From positions 1 to 32,293 of IMG/VR virus record IMGVR_UViG_3300034407_001190: 32,293 nt of DNA; one strand, written 5' to 3'. The stretch is from a virus (lineage: Duplodnaviria; Caudoviricetes). Positions 1-7,558 of the stretch are shown piece by piece; within the stretch, counting starts at the first letter, position 1; the number at the start of each line of letters is the position of its first letter. Made by a program: the position numbers and the translations under genes. The notes below the pieces were generated by a model, which saw nothing but the letters and a program-made list of their open reading frames with translations, was not told where the DNA came from and did not search any database.

Positions 1-75
1 CGGGGAAGTGGTTTTGAAAATTTGACACAAGACCTTAGGTTATTAATTAGCGGTTCGAATCCGCGCCCGTCTTCA
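1..75 (+). ncRNA. Degenerate tRNA-like element, 5' end cut by window edge
   Basis: T-arm-like GCGG-TTCGAAT-CCGC at 50-64. 3' CCCG (66-69) can pair with CGGG at 1-4 as part of an acceptor stem. Overall length is tRNA-sized, but the D and anticodon arms do not fold canonically. Confidence 0.4.
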
Positions 76-135
76 AAAAGTATAGGGAAAGCGGAAACCC
101 TGTTTAAACAGTACGCATAATTTAATTTAATTTAT

Positions 136-384
136 ATGGCAGATTTAATTAAGACAGACGGGAAGATTGTTAGAGATGTAGACATATCTTCTTTAGAGAA
201 AATTCAAGCGCATGTTGGAGGATACATAGAGTATTGTCCAGTTGATGCTCATTCATTTATGTATGTAGATGAAGAAGGTTTATTAAAACACAAAGATATT
301 AATCCTAAAGCTTCTGATATTGCGGGGCGTATTGTAGTAGGAGATGTATTGCTTTGTTTAAACGATGAGGTAGACCATGAGTAG
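136..384 (+). CDS. DUF3846-like small phage protein
   Basis: Motifs IQxxVGGYIE, VDEEGLLK...N and IVVGDVLL match my recollection of DUF3846. AT-rich leader upstream. Confidence 0.7.
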   Translation: MADLIKTDGKIVRDVDISSLEKIQAHVGGYIEYCPVDAHSFMYVDEEGLLKHKDINPKASDIAGRIVVGDVLLCLNDEVDHE

Positions 385-700
385 TGCTGAGAAAATAGCT
401 AACGCGGTGGTAAGACAAGAGGTCTCACCGCGTGGCGGGGGCGTTGAGATACGCCTTGACGATTGGGGATATCCTCACCACAAAATGACAGCATATCAAA
501 ACTATCTTGGCGGCGGTATGCTTGGCAAAGTATGTAGTGACTGCACCGTTGTTGACTACAAAGAGATAGAGTGTTTAAACGCACTAAGTGTACAGCTGAA
601 GATTTATTATCACAACATGACAAATAGTTATTATGATGATGATGAGTGGGCTTCAGCAAGTTACCAACAAAATCAATCGAGAAATGTCAGCGCATATTAA
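377..700 (+). CDS. Hypothetical early protein
   Basis: 107-aa ORF overlapping the upstream stop; fits the tightly packed + strand gene run. Confidence 0.7.
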   Translation: MSSAEKIANAVVRQEVSPRGGGVEIRLDDWGYPHHKMTAYQNYLGGGMLGKVCSDCTVVDYKEIECLNALSVQLKIYYHNMTNSYYDDDEWASASYQQNQSRNVSAY

Positions 701-995
701 TACTACTAAATCCAAGATATTCCGTCTGGACGGGTGGCGTTCTTGGTTGGAGCCAGTCAATGCTGTTGGGGGCTGTAACATTACAGAGCAATGGGCTGAT
801 ACTGGAATCAAAGAAGTCAAAGAGTTCTGTAAGAAACTCAGAAAAGCAAAGATAAGATACCGTTGTGTATGGAGCAATTCATCTAATCCTTTTATGATAA
901 TAAGGTATGTATGTGTACACCCAGACCAACGAGAAGAAGCTGAAGAGATAGCGTTTAAACATCGCGAAGAAACAGAATATTTTTATAACCTTTAA
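684..995 (+). CDS. Hypothetical early protein (start likely ATG 684 rather than 633)
   Basis: ATG 684 is in frame with the 633 ORF and gives a 17-nt overlap instead of 68 nt; protein begins MSAHINTTKSKIFRLDGWR. Confidence 0.65.
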   Translation: MSAHINTTKSKIFRLDGWRSWLEPVNAVGGCNITEQWADTGIKEVKEFCKKLRKAKIRYRCVWSNSSNPFMIIRYVCVHPDQREEAEEIAFKHREETEYFYNL

Positions 996-1004
996 ATTTT
1001 TAGA

Positions 1005-1235
1005 ATGGACATTAAAAATGTAAATACCGAAATTCTTAAAACAGAATTAGAAAGGCGTGGCTATCAAACGTTTAATCTCTGGCATATTGCTGATGTTAAA
1101 CATAAGTATAAGTGTGACGATGACACTGCTATGGACGTTTTAATTGACGCCTTAGAAAATGACTGCACGATGGAGCAAGTTAACATGGCAATAGATATAG
1201 TTGCTGAAGAGAAATTTGAATTAAAACCTTTGTAA
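1005..1235 (+). CDS. Hypothetical acidic early protein
   Basis: 76-aa ORF coupled to the next gene by TAATG. Confidence 0.7.
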   Translation: MDIKNVNTEILKTELERRGYQTFNLWHIADVKHKYKCDDDTAMDVLIDALENDCTMEQVNMAIDIVAEEKFELKPL

Positions 1236-1468
1236 TGGAAAGTTATTCATTAGTAATGTATGATGTGCTATTAAATATAGAGTATGATTATACTGAGGGA
1301 GAACCTATGGTATATAATTACGGTGACGGGTCTGGATATCCAGGAAGTCCCGCTTCAATAGAATTATATACTGTATCAGTAAATGGAGCAGATATAACAG
1401 ACATAATATCTGATTCAATATTAGATGAGATAAGAGAAAAACTTTTAGATTATCATGAAGATAATTAA
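1235..1468 (+). CDS. Hypothetical acidic early protein
   Basis: 77 aa, D/E-rich, contains DGSGYPG; TAATG coupling to the previous gene. Confidence 0.75.
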   Translation: MESYSLVMYDVLLNIEYDYTEGEPMVYNYGDGSGYPGSPASIELYTVSVNGADITDIISDSILDEIREKLLDYHEDN

Positions 1469-1486
1469 GAGAGTGTTTAAACGTTG

Positions 1487-1518
1487 TTTGCAATTTTAAT
1501 ATATAATGTATATATTTG
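1487..1518 (+). promoter_or_regulatory. Bacteroidota sigma-A type promoter (-33/-7)
   Basis: TTTG (1487-1490), 20-nt spacer, TATATTTG (1511-1518): a full match to TTTG-N19-21-TAnnTTTG, located in an intergenic gap. Confidence 0.85.
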
Positions 1519-1550
1519 TAGCAATTAAATTAAATAAAATAAAATATAAT

Positions 1551-1745
1551 ATGGCAAACAATATAGATAAAGAGTTTGAACACCACGATAAAGTGTTTAG
1601 TATTTTTCTTGACTCCTTATTTAGTTCGGACGACCCGAAAGATAAAGATAAGGATAAAGAGAAAGACAAAGATAATGATAACACGATTCCTTGGGGTCGT
1701 AAGCCACAATGGGAAGACGACGACGAGAATCCGTTATTCATTTAG
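1551..1745 (+). CDS. Small acidic protein with DK repeats (64 aa)
   Basis: ATG 1551 lies downstream of the promoter and after an A-rich leader. Ends PWGRKPQWEDDDENPLFI. Confidence 0.7.
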   Translation: MANNIDKEFEHHDKVFSIFLDSLFSSDDPKDKDKDKEKDKDNDNTIPWGRKPQWEDDDENPLFI

Positions 1746-1763
1746 GTTTATAGTTTAGTTAAC

Positions 1764-1793
1764 GGGTGGCGTTTAAACGACGTCGCCCTTTTT
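1764..1793 (+). terminator. Intrinsic terminator
   Basis: GGGTGGCGT/ACGTCGCCC 9-bp stem (two G-U pairs) followed by TTTTT. A GTTTAAAC site spans the top of the hairpin. Confidence 0.7.
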
Positions 1794-1804
1794 AAAATTA
1801 TTAT

Positions 1805-1957
1805 ATGAAACAAATTTTATTTACAGTTCATTTATATTTTGGAGGAGAAAGGGCGCCTGAAACTCGCTTTACCGAAGACATAGAGCAAGCACGCGAATGG
1901 GTTAAAGAAGCCGAGCATGGTGAAATAATAAATCCTTCAGGAATTTTAGTGCAATGA
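1805..1957 (+). CDS. Hypothetical protein, 50 aa (not in ORF track)
   Basis: Manual translation MKQILFTVHLYFGGERAPETRFTEDIEQAREWVKEAEHGEIINPSGILVQ*. Fills the gap; ATGA coupling to the next ORF. Confidence 0.65.
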   Translation: MKQILFTVHLYFGGERAPETRFTEDIEQAREWVKEAEHGEIINPSGILVQ

Positions 1958-2085
1958 CCGAAGAAGATAAAAAATATAGACAAGGTCGACGCAAAGAACA
2001 AGTCGAGGGTCACTTAATCATGGCAATGATAGGTATCATAGGAATATTAGTGGTGCTTATGTTTGTCGCATTTATAACACAATAA
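1954..2085 (+). CDS. Small single-pass membrane protein, 43 aa (not in ORF track)
   Basis: MTEEDKKYRQGRRKEQVEGHLIMAMIGIIGILVVLMFVAFITQ*: charged N-terminus and C-terminal hydrophobic helix. ATGA and TAATG coupling on the two sides. Confidence 0.7.
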   Translation: MTEEDKKYRQGRRKEQVEGHLIMAMIGIIGILVVLMFVAFITQ

Positions 2086-2459
2086 TGAAAGAAGAAAAAA
2101 GTAAATACTATTATGACACTGAAAGGAACAAGCCTTTCAATGCAAACACTACTGAAGAATTAATTAAAGAAGTAGGAAGAGAAGTTGTTACGCTTCTATT
2201 AGAAAAGAACAAAGCTTATGGGGATACAGCAAATAATCCTCCGCAAATTTTTAGTAAGCTTTCACCCAAGGAAGGTTTGCTCGCTCGTATTGATGACAAG
2301 TTGAGCAGAATAAAACAAAAGGGTTTAAACGACCTCACTGAGGATACGGTTAAAGATTTAATTGGATATCTAATTTTATATAAAGTGCAAATAAAAAAAG
2401 AAGAAAATAAAATCAAGGACATGTTAATTAAAAATAAAAAATTAAAACTTAAGGACTAA
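2085..2459 (+). CDS. Nucleotide-modification-associated domain 1 (DUF1599-like) protein
   Basis: Motifs LLxxKNxxYGD, RIxDKLxRI and EDTxxDLIGY. Confidence 0.75.
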   Translation: MKEEKSKYYYDTERNKPFNANTTEELIKEVGREVVTLLLEKNKAYGDTANNPPQIFSKLSPKEGLLARIDDKLSRIKQKGLNDLTEDTVKDLIGYLILYKVQIKKEENKIKDMLIKNKKLKLKD

Positions 2460-2764
2460 TGAAAGGAAATATATTTGAAGCTTATGCAACAGCAGTTGCA
2501 AAACAATTTCATCTCGAGTTAGATGATATCTTTAACAAGAAAAAACGTAGAGATTTGGTTGACGCCAGACAAATGCTATATTATTTATGTATGGAAAGAC
2601 CGATAAGGGTTTCTTATATACAAAGATTTATGGCTGAACATGGTTGTGATGTGTTTCACTCGACAATAATTCACGGATACAAAAAAGCAAAGAAGATGGT
2701 GGAAGAAGATGAAGATTATAAAGCTATCGTTAACACAATTGAATTACAAAACTTAAAAGTATAG
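2459..2764 (+). CDS. DnaA C-terminal (domain IV)-like DNA-binding protein
   Basis: VAxxF...RRDLVDARQMLYYL...HSTIIHG resembles the DnaA domain IV HTH; no AAA+ domain present. Confidence 0.75.
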   Translation: MKGNIFEAYATAVAKQFHLELDDIFNKKKRRDLVDARQMLYYLCMERPIRVSYIQRFMAEHGCDVFHSTIIHGYKKAKKMVEEDEDYKAIVNTIELQNLKV

Positions 2765-2765
2765 A

Positions 2766-3158
2766 ATGTTTAAACGAACTGACATCATGAAGCAAGCTTT
2801 GGAAGACCCTAAAAGTATTAAAAACATTTTGCCACAGGGTATAAGTGTTATTGGTAGGGGCGTAAAGATACAGCAGTTTGATGACGTTATACAAATACTC
2901 AACATGGGTAAGGGCGGTGACTACTTTAAAGAGTGTAACCCTGATGAGTATGCTTTCTTTTATGAAAGTGGTTGGAGAAAAGGTTGTGCTAAAGTTAGTA
3001 TGAGTAACTGTCTCCATAAACTATCTATAATTGAAAACAGAATAAAAACTGAATTGAATACTCGTAAGAACGATAAGCATATTCAGAATTTAAAAAGCCG
3101 TCGAGAAGCATTACTTAATAAATACACTAATTTAAAAACAGAACTAAATAAATTATAA
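2766..3158 (+). CDS. Hypothetical protein with C-terminal coiled coil
   Basis: 130-aa ORF with 1-nt gaps on both sides. Confidence 0.75.
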   Translation: MFKRTDIMKQALEDPKSIKNILPQGISVIGRGVKIQQFDDVIQILNMGKGGDYFKECNPDEYAFFYESGWRKGCAKVSMSNCLHKLSIIENRIKTELNTRKNDKHIQNLKSRREALLNKYTNLKTELNKL

Positions 3159-3159
3159 T

Positions 3160-3741
3160 ATGGAAAATGTTTATAAAAATCTGAGTGCTATCTCAGTTGC
3201 CGATAAGGTAGAGAAAAAAGGAAGGTTTGATTATTTGTCTTGGGCTTGGGCTTGGCATTATATTAAACAAGAATATCCAACAGCTAACCGTACAGTATAT
3301 GAAAATGATATGGGCATACCATACTTCACTGACGGCAAGTTTGCAAATGTTAAAGTTGGAATTACTATCAATGATGTAGAACATATTGATTATCTTCCTG
3401 TCTTAGACAATGCTAATCGTTCTATTCCAATTACGAAAGTAACTTCTTTTGATGTGAACAATGCAATTCAAAGAGCAACAGCTAAAGCAATTGCAATGCA
3501 CGGACTTGGATTATCTCTTTGGATAGGGGAAGACACAGCTCGTTTAAACAAGGCGGAGGAAAAGTCAGTGCCAAAGAAAGATGTAAAGCTTTCACTCACG
3601 ACAGATAAGTGGGAAAAAGTTTTAATGTATATAGCCAAGAACAAAGACAAAGGATTAGAATACATTGTCTCTCAGCTCAGCACTAAATATAATGTAACTA
3701 CTGCTGATAAAAATAAAATCAAGAAAGCACTTAATGGATAG
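3160..3741 (+). CDS. Sak3/DUF1071-like single-strand annealing protein
   Basis: VEKKGRFDYLSWAWAW, LPVLD..N and VNNAIQR..KAIAMHGLGL; adjacent to an exonuclease. Confidence 0.8.
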   Translation: MENVYKNLSAISVADKVEKKGRFDYLSWAWAWHYIKQEYPTANRTVYENDMGIPYFTDGKFANVKVGITINDVEHIDYLPVLDNANRSIPITKVTSFDVNNAIQRATAKAIAMHGLGLSLWIGEDTARLNKAEEKSVPKKDVKLSLTTDKWEKVLMYIAKNKDKGLEYIVSQLSTKYNVTTADKNKIKKALNG

Positions 3742-4534
3742 AGATAAAATACTTAAGAAGCTTCAGAAAGATTCAGAGTATTATGGGAAATTTGGTAAGC
3801 AATTTTTATCTGCTTCCAATATAAGGCAATTGCTTTATGAACCTACTGAATTCAACAAGTCAATAAAGACATTACCTTTATTGCATGGTAGATATTTTCA
3901 TACCAGTATACTGGAGCCAGAAAAAATAGACACAATACCTGTGTTCAATTCTTCATCAAGAACCACCAATGGGTTTAAACAGTTTGAAGCTGAGCATAAC
4001 TTACATTCTTATGATATTCTTTTAACAAAAGAAAAAGAGAAGTTAGATAAGCTTATTGAAAAACTCCTGGGTAATTGGAAGGTGTTTGATATTATTATTG
4101 GAGACGGTGTTCAATACGAAGTACCAAACATAAAAGAGATTCACGGTCAAATGTTTAAAGGTAAGTGTGATGTGTTAGTCAACAAACCTTTTGAAGTTGA
4201 AGTAGAACAGGACGGCCAAACTTTTGTGGTTGATTATCCAGACGGTGCTATTGTAGATTTAAAAACCAGTTCATCTATTTTTAAATTTAGGCATTCATGT
4301 AATGCTTATTGCTATAATTCTCAAGCGTATATATATCAGGAATTATTTGACAAACCATTTTTATTTATAGTAATAGATAAGAATGATGGGCTACTTAAGT
4401 TTGCCCCTTGTAGTCCAGAGTTTATAGATAAAGGGGAAGACAATGTTAAAAAAGCAATAAAAGTTTATGAGAAATTTTTTAGTGATGAAGCAACTTGCGA
4501 CATCGACGATTATGTTTATACAGAAATTTTATAG
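3734..4534 (+). CDS. PD-(D/E)XK exonuclease (RecE/ExoVIII, DUF3799-like)
   Basis: LSAS, G..FH..ILEP, KGKCD...DLKT and Y..QAYIY motifs. Confidence 0.8.
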   Translation: MDRDKILKKLQKDSEYYGKFGKQFLSASNIRQLLYEPTEFNKSIKTLPLLHGRYFHTSILEPEKIDTIPVFNSSSRTTNGFKQFEAEHNLHSYDILLTKEKEKLDKLIEKLLGNWKVFDIIIGDGVQYEVPNIKEIHGQMFKGKCDVLVNKPFEVEVEQDGQTFVVDYPDGAIVDLKTSSSIFKFRHSCNAYCYNSQAYIYQELFDKPFLFIVIDKNDGLLKFAPCSPEFIDKGEDNVKKAIKVYEKFFSDEATCDIDDYVYTEIL

Positions 4535-4673
4535 GTCGTTTAAACGATTCAGTAAAATTGATGATAAGAAATTGTGGATAGAAGTTCCAACTATCTACAT
4601 GAGCATGGAAGAGAAACAAGATTGTATCTCTAATGCTGTAAATATTTTGGAGCGTAACATTAAAATCAAATAG
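4512..4673 (+). CDS. Hypothetical small protein
   Basis: In-frame ATG at 4512 of the 4467 ORF; fills the gap and stops 1 nt before the next gene. Confidence 0.5.
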   Translation: MFIQKFYRSFKRFSKIDDKKLWIEVPTIYMSMEEKQDCISNAVNILERNIKIK

Positions 4674-4674
4674 T

Positions 4675-4926
4675 ATGGCAGAAGTAAAAGAAGAAAAGCT
4701 GTATTGTGGTAATGGGGTTGAAAAGTTTGACGGTAATCTTGTAGAGATTACAGTGTGCTTATCTAAAATTCCTCAAGAACATAGGTTTGAGTACGAAGGA
4801 AAGTGGTACACTAAACTGAAGGTTAACAAGAAAAAAGAAACAGACGAGTACGGTAAGACGCATTCGGTTGAAGTTAACACATGGAAACCTAAACCACAGA
4901 ATGATTCAGACGACTTGGGATTCTAA
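4675..4926 (+). CDS. Putative small ssDNA-binding protein
   Basis: Beta-rich 83 aa with DEYGKTH and an acidic tail SDDLGF; lies between annealase/exonuclease and primase. Confidence 0.6.
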   Translation: MAEVKEEKLYCGNGVEKFDGNLVEITVCLSKIPQEHRFEYEGKWYTKLKVNKKKETDEYGKTHSVEVNTWKPKPQNDSDDLGF

Positions 4927-5023
4927 GATTGTTTGGAGCCGAAAGGCACAGCGTAATTTAGGGGGGTGCGTCACAACGACGATTAATTAATACTAATGTA
5001 ATATTAAATGTTTTCCCCCCTTC

Positions 5024-5135
5024 TTTATGCTGAGTATGACAAACTCAAATTAAATTTACAGACTGGCAAAATAATTTTGATTTTATATTTAAGCATTTCT
5101 ATATTATTGATTTACTTTGTCATTCTCGTCATAAA
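5024..5135. repeat. 20-bp imperfect inverted repeat around an AT-rich spacer (candidate origin)
   Basis: TTTATGCTGAGTATGACAAA (5024-5043) vs the reverse complement of 5116-5135, TTTATGACGAGAATGACAAA: 17/20 identical. Confidence 0.7.
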
Positions 5136-5152
5136 AAATAGAATATAATTGA

Positions 5153-7558
5153 ATGGAAATAACAATATTTAAAGACATTAAAGTAACCTCTCAGCCTTTT
5201 TACAGAAATGCTTTAGTTATTTTAAATAGAATTAAGGACGGGTCTTCAAAGGATTTAGTTAAAAAGATTCGTGATGAAAAAGATAAAGAGAAAGTAAGCG
5301 CATTGAAACAAAAGTTACCTGCTATTTGTTTTAGTGGGAAGTTTACCAAACGTAACGACAAATCATTAAGCCAACACAGTGGTTTGATTTGTTTAGATTT
5401 TGATGGGTATAATAATCAAAGAGATTTACTGCAAGAGAAAGAAAGATTGTCAAAGAATAAATATGTTTATTCTGTTTTTATATCTCCATCAGGTAAAGGA
5501 TTAAAAGCTATTGTAAAGATACCACCTCTTCCAGATAATCATGTAAGTTATTTCAATAGTCTTGAAAAGTATTTTAACTCTCCACAGTTTGATAAGACAT
5601 GTAAGAATGTATCTCGTGTTTGTTATGAGAGTTACGACCCGCTGATTCACATCAATGAGAACGCCAGTGTTTGGGATAAGCAAGAAGAAAAAGAATACAC
5701 TGAAGTTATAAAGAACGTAGACCTACAAACCATACCTATTACTGATGAGAATAAGATTGTAGAGATACTGGTTAAGTGGTGGCAAAAGAAATTTCCTATG
5801 AATGAGGGGCAAAGAAATAACAATGCTTATGTTCTTGCAGCTGCATTCAATGACTATGGTGTTACAAAAACCCTGGCTGAATATGTACTCGGTGGATTCG
5901 AGACCAGTACGTTTAAACGCAGTGAGATAAAGCGCACAATAGATTCCGCGTACTCACAAGTACAAAACTTTAATACAAAATATTATGAGGACGATGATAA
6001 AGTCAACATGATAAAACACAAATTAAAGAGGGGTGTATCAAAGAAAGAATTAAGAACACAGTTAACTGAGCTTGACCCAAACTTAATTGAGAATGTTATA
6101 AATAGATTAGAAGAAGAGCAGTCTAACCACCAGTTCTGGACTAAGAATGAAAAGGGTGTAATTAAAATAGTACACATATCTTTTAAAAACTTTTTAGAAG
6201 AGAATGGATTCTATAAGTTTTGTCCTGAAGGTTCAAAGAATTATGTGTTTGTAAAGGTGACTAACAATTTAATAGACCACACATCAGAAAAAGAAATAAA
6301 AGATTACATCTTAAATTACTTATTAGAGATAGACGACATCTCTGTTTACAATTATTTTGCTGAACACACAAGATACTTTAGGGAAGAATTTTTAACGTTG
6401 CTTTCTTCTATTGATGTATACTTTATTGAAGACAAAAAAAATACTTCCTATTTATATTATCGTAATGGTGCTGTTGAGATATCATATAATAATATAAAAC
6501 AGATTGACTACTTGGACTTGGGTGGTTACGTTTGGAAAGACCATGTTATTGACAGGGACTTTGCTTTATGTGAAAGCTTTGATTGTGATTACCAAAAGTT
6601 TATACAAAACATTTGTGGTAATTCGGCAGAGCGTGTAAACAGTATGCGTTCCACCATAGGATACATGTTGCATGGTTGGAAGAACTTAGCCTATTGTCCT
6701 GCTGTTATATTAAATGATGAGATGATATCAGATAATCCAGAGGGTGGTAGTGGTAAAGGTTTATGGGTGAACGGACTTAGTCACATGAAGAAGGTAGTTA
6801 TAATTGACGGTAAGTCTTTTAACTTTGAGCGTTCATTTGCTTATCAGTTAGTAAGTGCAGACACACAAGTGTTATGCTTTGATGATGTTAAAAAACATTT
6901 CGACTTTGAAAGATTGTTCTCTGTTGTTACTGAAGGGTTGACCTTAGAAAAGAAAAATAAAGACGCAATTAAAATACCATTTGCTAAATCCCCTAAGATT
7001 GCTATCACTACAAACTATGCTATCAAAGGTAAGGGGACATCGTTTGAACGACGTAAGTGGGAGCTTGAATTAGCGCACCATTATAATAAAGATTACACTC
7101 CCCTTGAAGAGTTTGGTAAACTAATGTTTGGTGATTGGAATGATGAAGAGTGGTGTCAGTTTGATAACTACATGATACAATGTCTTCAATTGTATTTAGA
7201 AAAAGGATTAGTCAAGAGTGAATTTGTAAATCTAAAAATCAGAAAGCTGTCAGCTGAAACCTGTCATGAATTTATCGAGTGGTGTGGATTGATTGGTGAT
7301 AATCCTCTTCACGATAAATTAAAAGTCGGAGGTAAGATTGCTAAGAATGATTTGTATACTGACTTTGTAGAGGACAACCCAGACTTTGCTCCTAAATCTA
7401 AAATGAGTGTATCCAGGGTAAGGTTTTCTAAATGGTTAGTTGCCTTTTCTCAATACCAATATGGTTGTTTACCAGAAGAAGGGAGAGATACTCATGCTCG
7501 ATGGATAAGGTTTAGACATAAGAGTGAATTAAATGAACAACAAGATTTTCCATTTTGA
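5153..7558 (+). CDS. Primase-helicase (BT4734/VirE-N-like primase domain, PriCT-like domain, C-terminal P-loop NTPase)
   Basis: LKQKLP..FSG.F..R, SGLICLDFD, FISPSGKGLK and SRVCYESYDP; EGQRNN; Walker A GGSGKG, Walker B LCFDD, ITTN. Confidence 0.85.
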   Translation: MEITIFKDIKVTSQPFYRNALVILNRIKDGSSKDLVKKIRDEKDKEKVSALKQKLPAICFSGKFTKRNDKSLSQHSGLICLDFDGYNNQRDLLQEKERLSKNKYVYSVFISPSGKGLKAIVKIPPLPDNHVSYFNSLEKYFNSPQFDKTCKNVSRVCYESYDPLIHINENASVWDKQEEKEYTEVIKNVDLQTIPITDENKIVEILVKWWQKKFPMNEGQRNNNAYVLAAAFNDYGVTKTLAEYVLGGFETSTFKRSEIKRTIDSAYSQVQNFNTKYYEDDDKVNMIKHKLKRGVSKKELRTQLTELDPNLIENVINRLEEEQSNHQFWTKNEKGVIKIVHISFKNFLEENGFYKFCPEGSKNYVFVKVTNNLIDHTSEKEIKDYILNYLLEIDDISVYNYFAEHTRYFREEFLTLLSSIDVYFIEDKKNTSYLYYRNGAVEISYNNIKQIDYLDLGGYVWKDHVIDRDFALCESFDCDYQKFIQNICGNSAERVNSMRSTIGYMLHGWKNLAYCPAVILNDEMISDNPEGGSGKGLWVNGLSHMKKVVIIDGKSFNFERSFAYQLVSADTQVLCFDDVKKHFDFERLFSVVTEGLTLEKKNKDAIKIPFAKSPKIAITTNYAIKGKGTSFERRKWELELAHHYNKDYTPLEEFGKLMFGDWNDEEWCQFDNYMIQCLQLYLEKGLVKSEFVNLKIRKLSAETCHEFIEWCGLIGDNPLHDKLKVGGKIAKNDLYTDFVEDNPDFAPKSKMSVSRVRFSKWLVAFSQYQYGCLPEEGRDTHARWIRFRHKSELNEQQDFPF

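Noticed and set aside
28-46. Suppressor (TTA) or Leu (TAG) anticodon in the tRNA-like element
   Set aside because: Neither register gives a 5-bp anticodon stem, so no decoding identity can be assigned.
73-120. HDV-like (theta) ribozyme 3' of the tRNA-like element
   Set aside because: No pyrimidine-rich L3/P3 or nested double-pseudoknot pattern could be built.
1641-1683. GATAAA-type short tandem repeat as a CRISPR array or VNTR
   Set aside because: Degenerate 6-nt units simply encode the DK linker. No CRISPR repeat-spacer structure was seen in the window.
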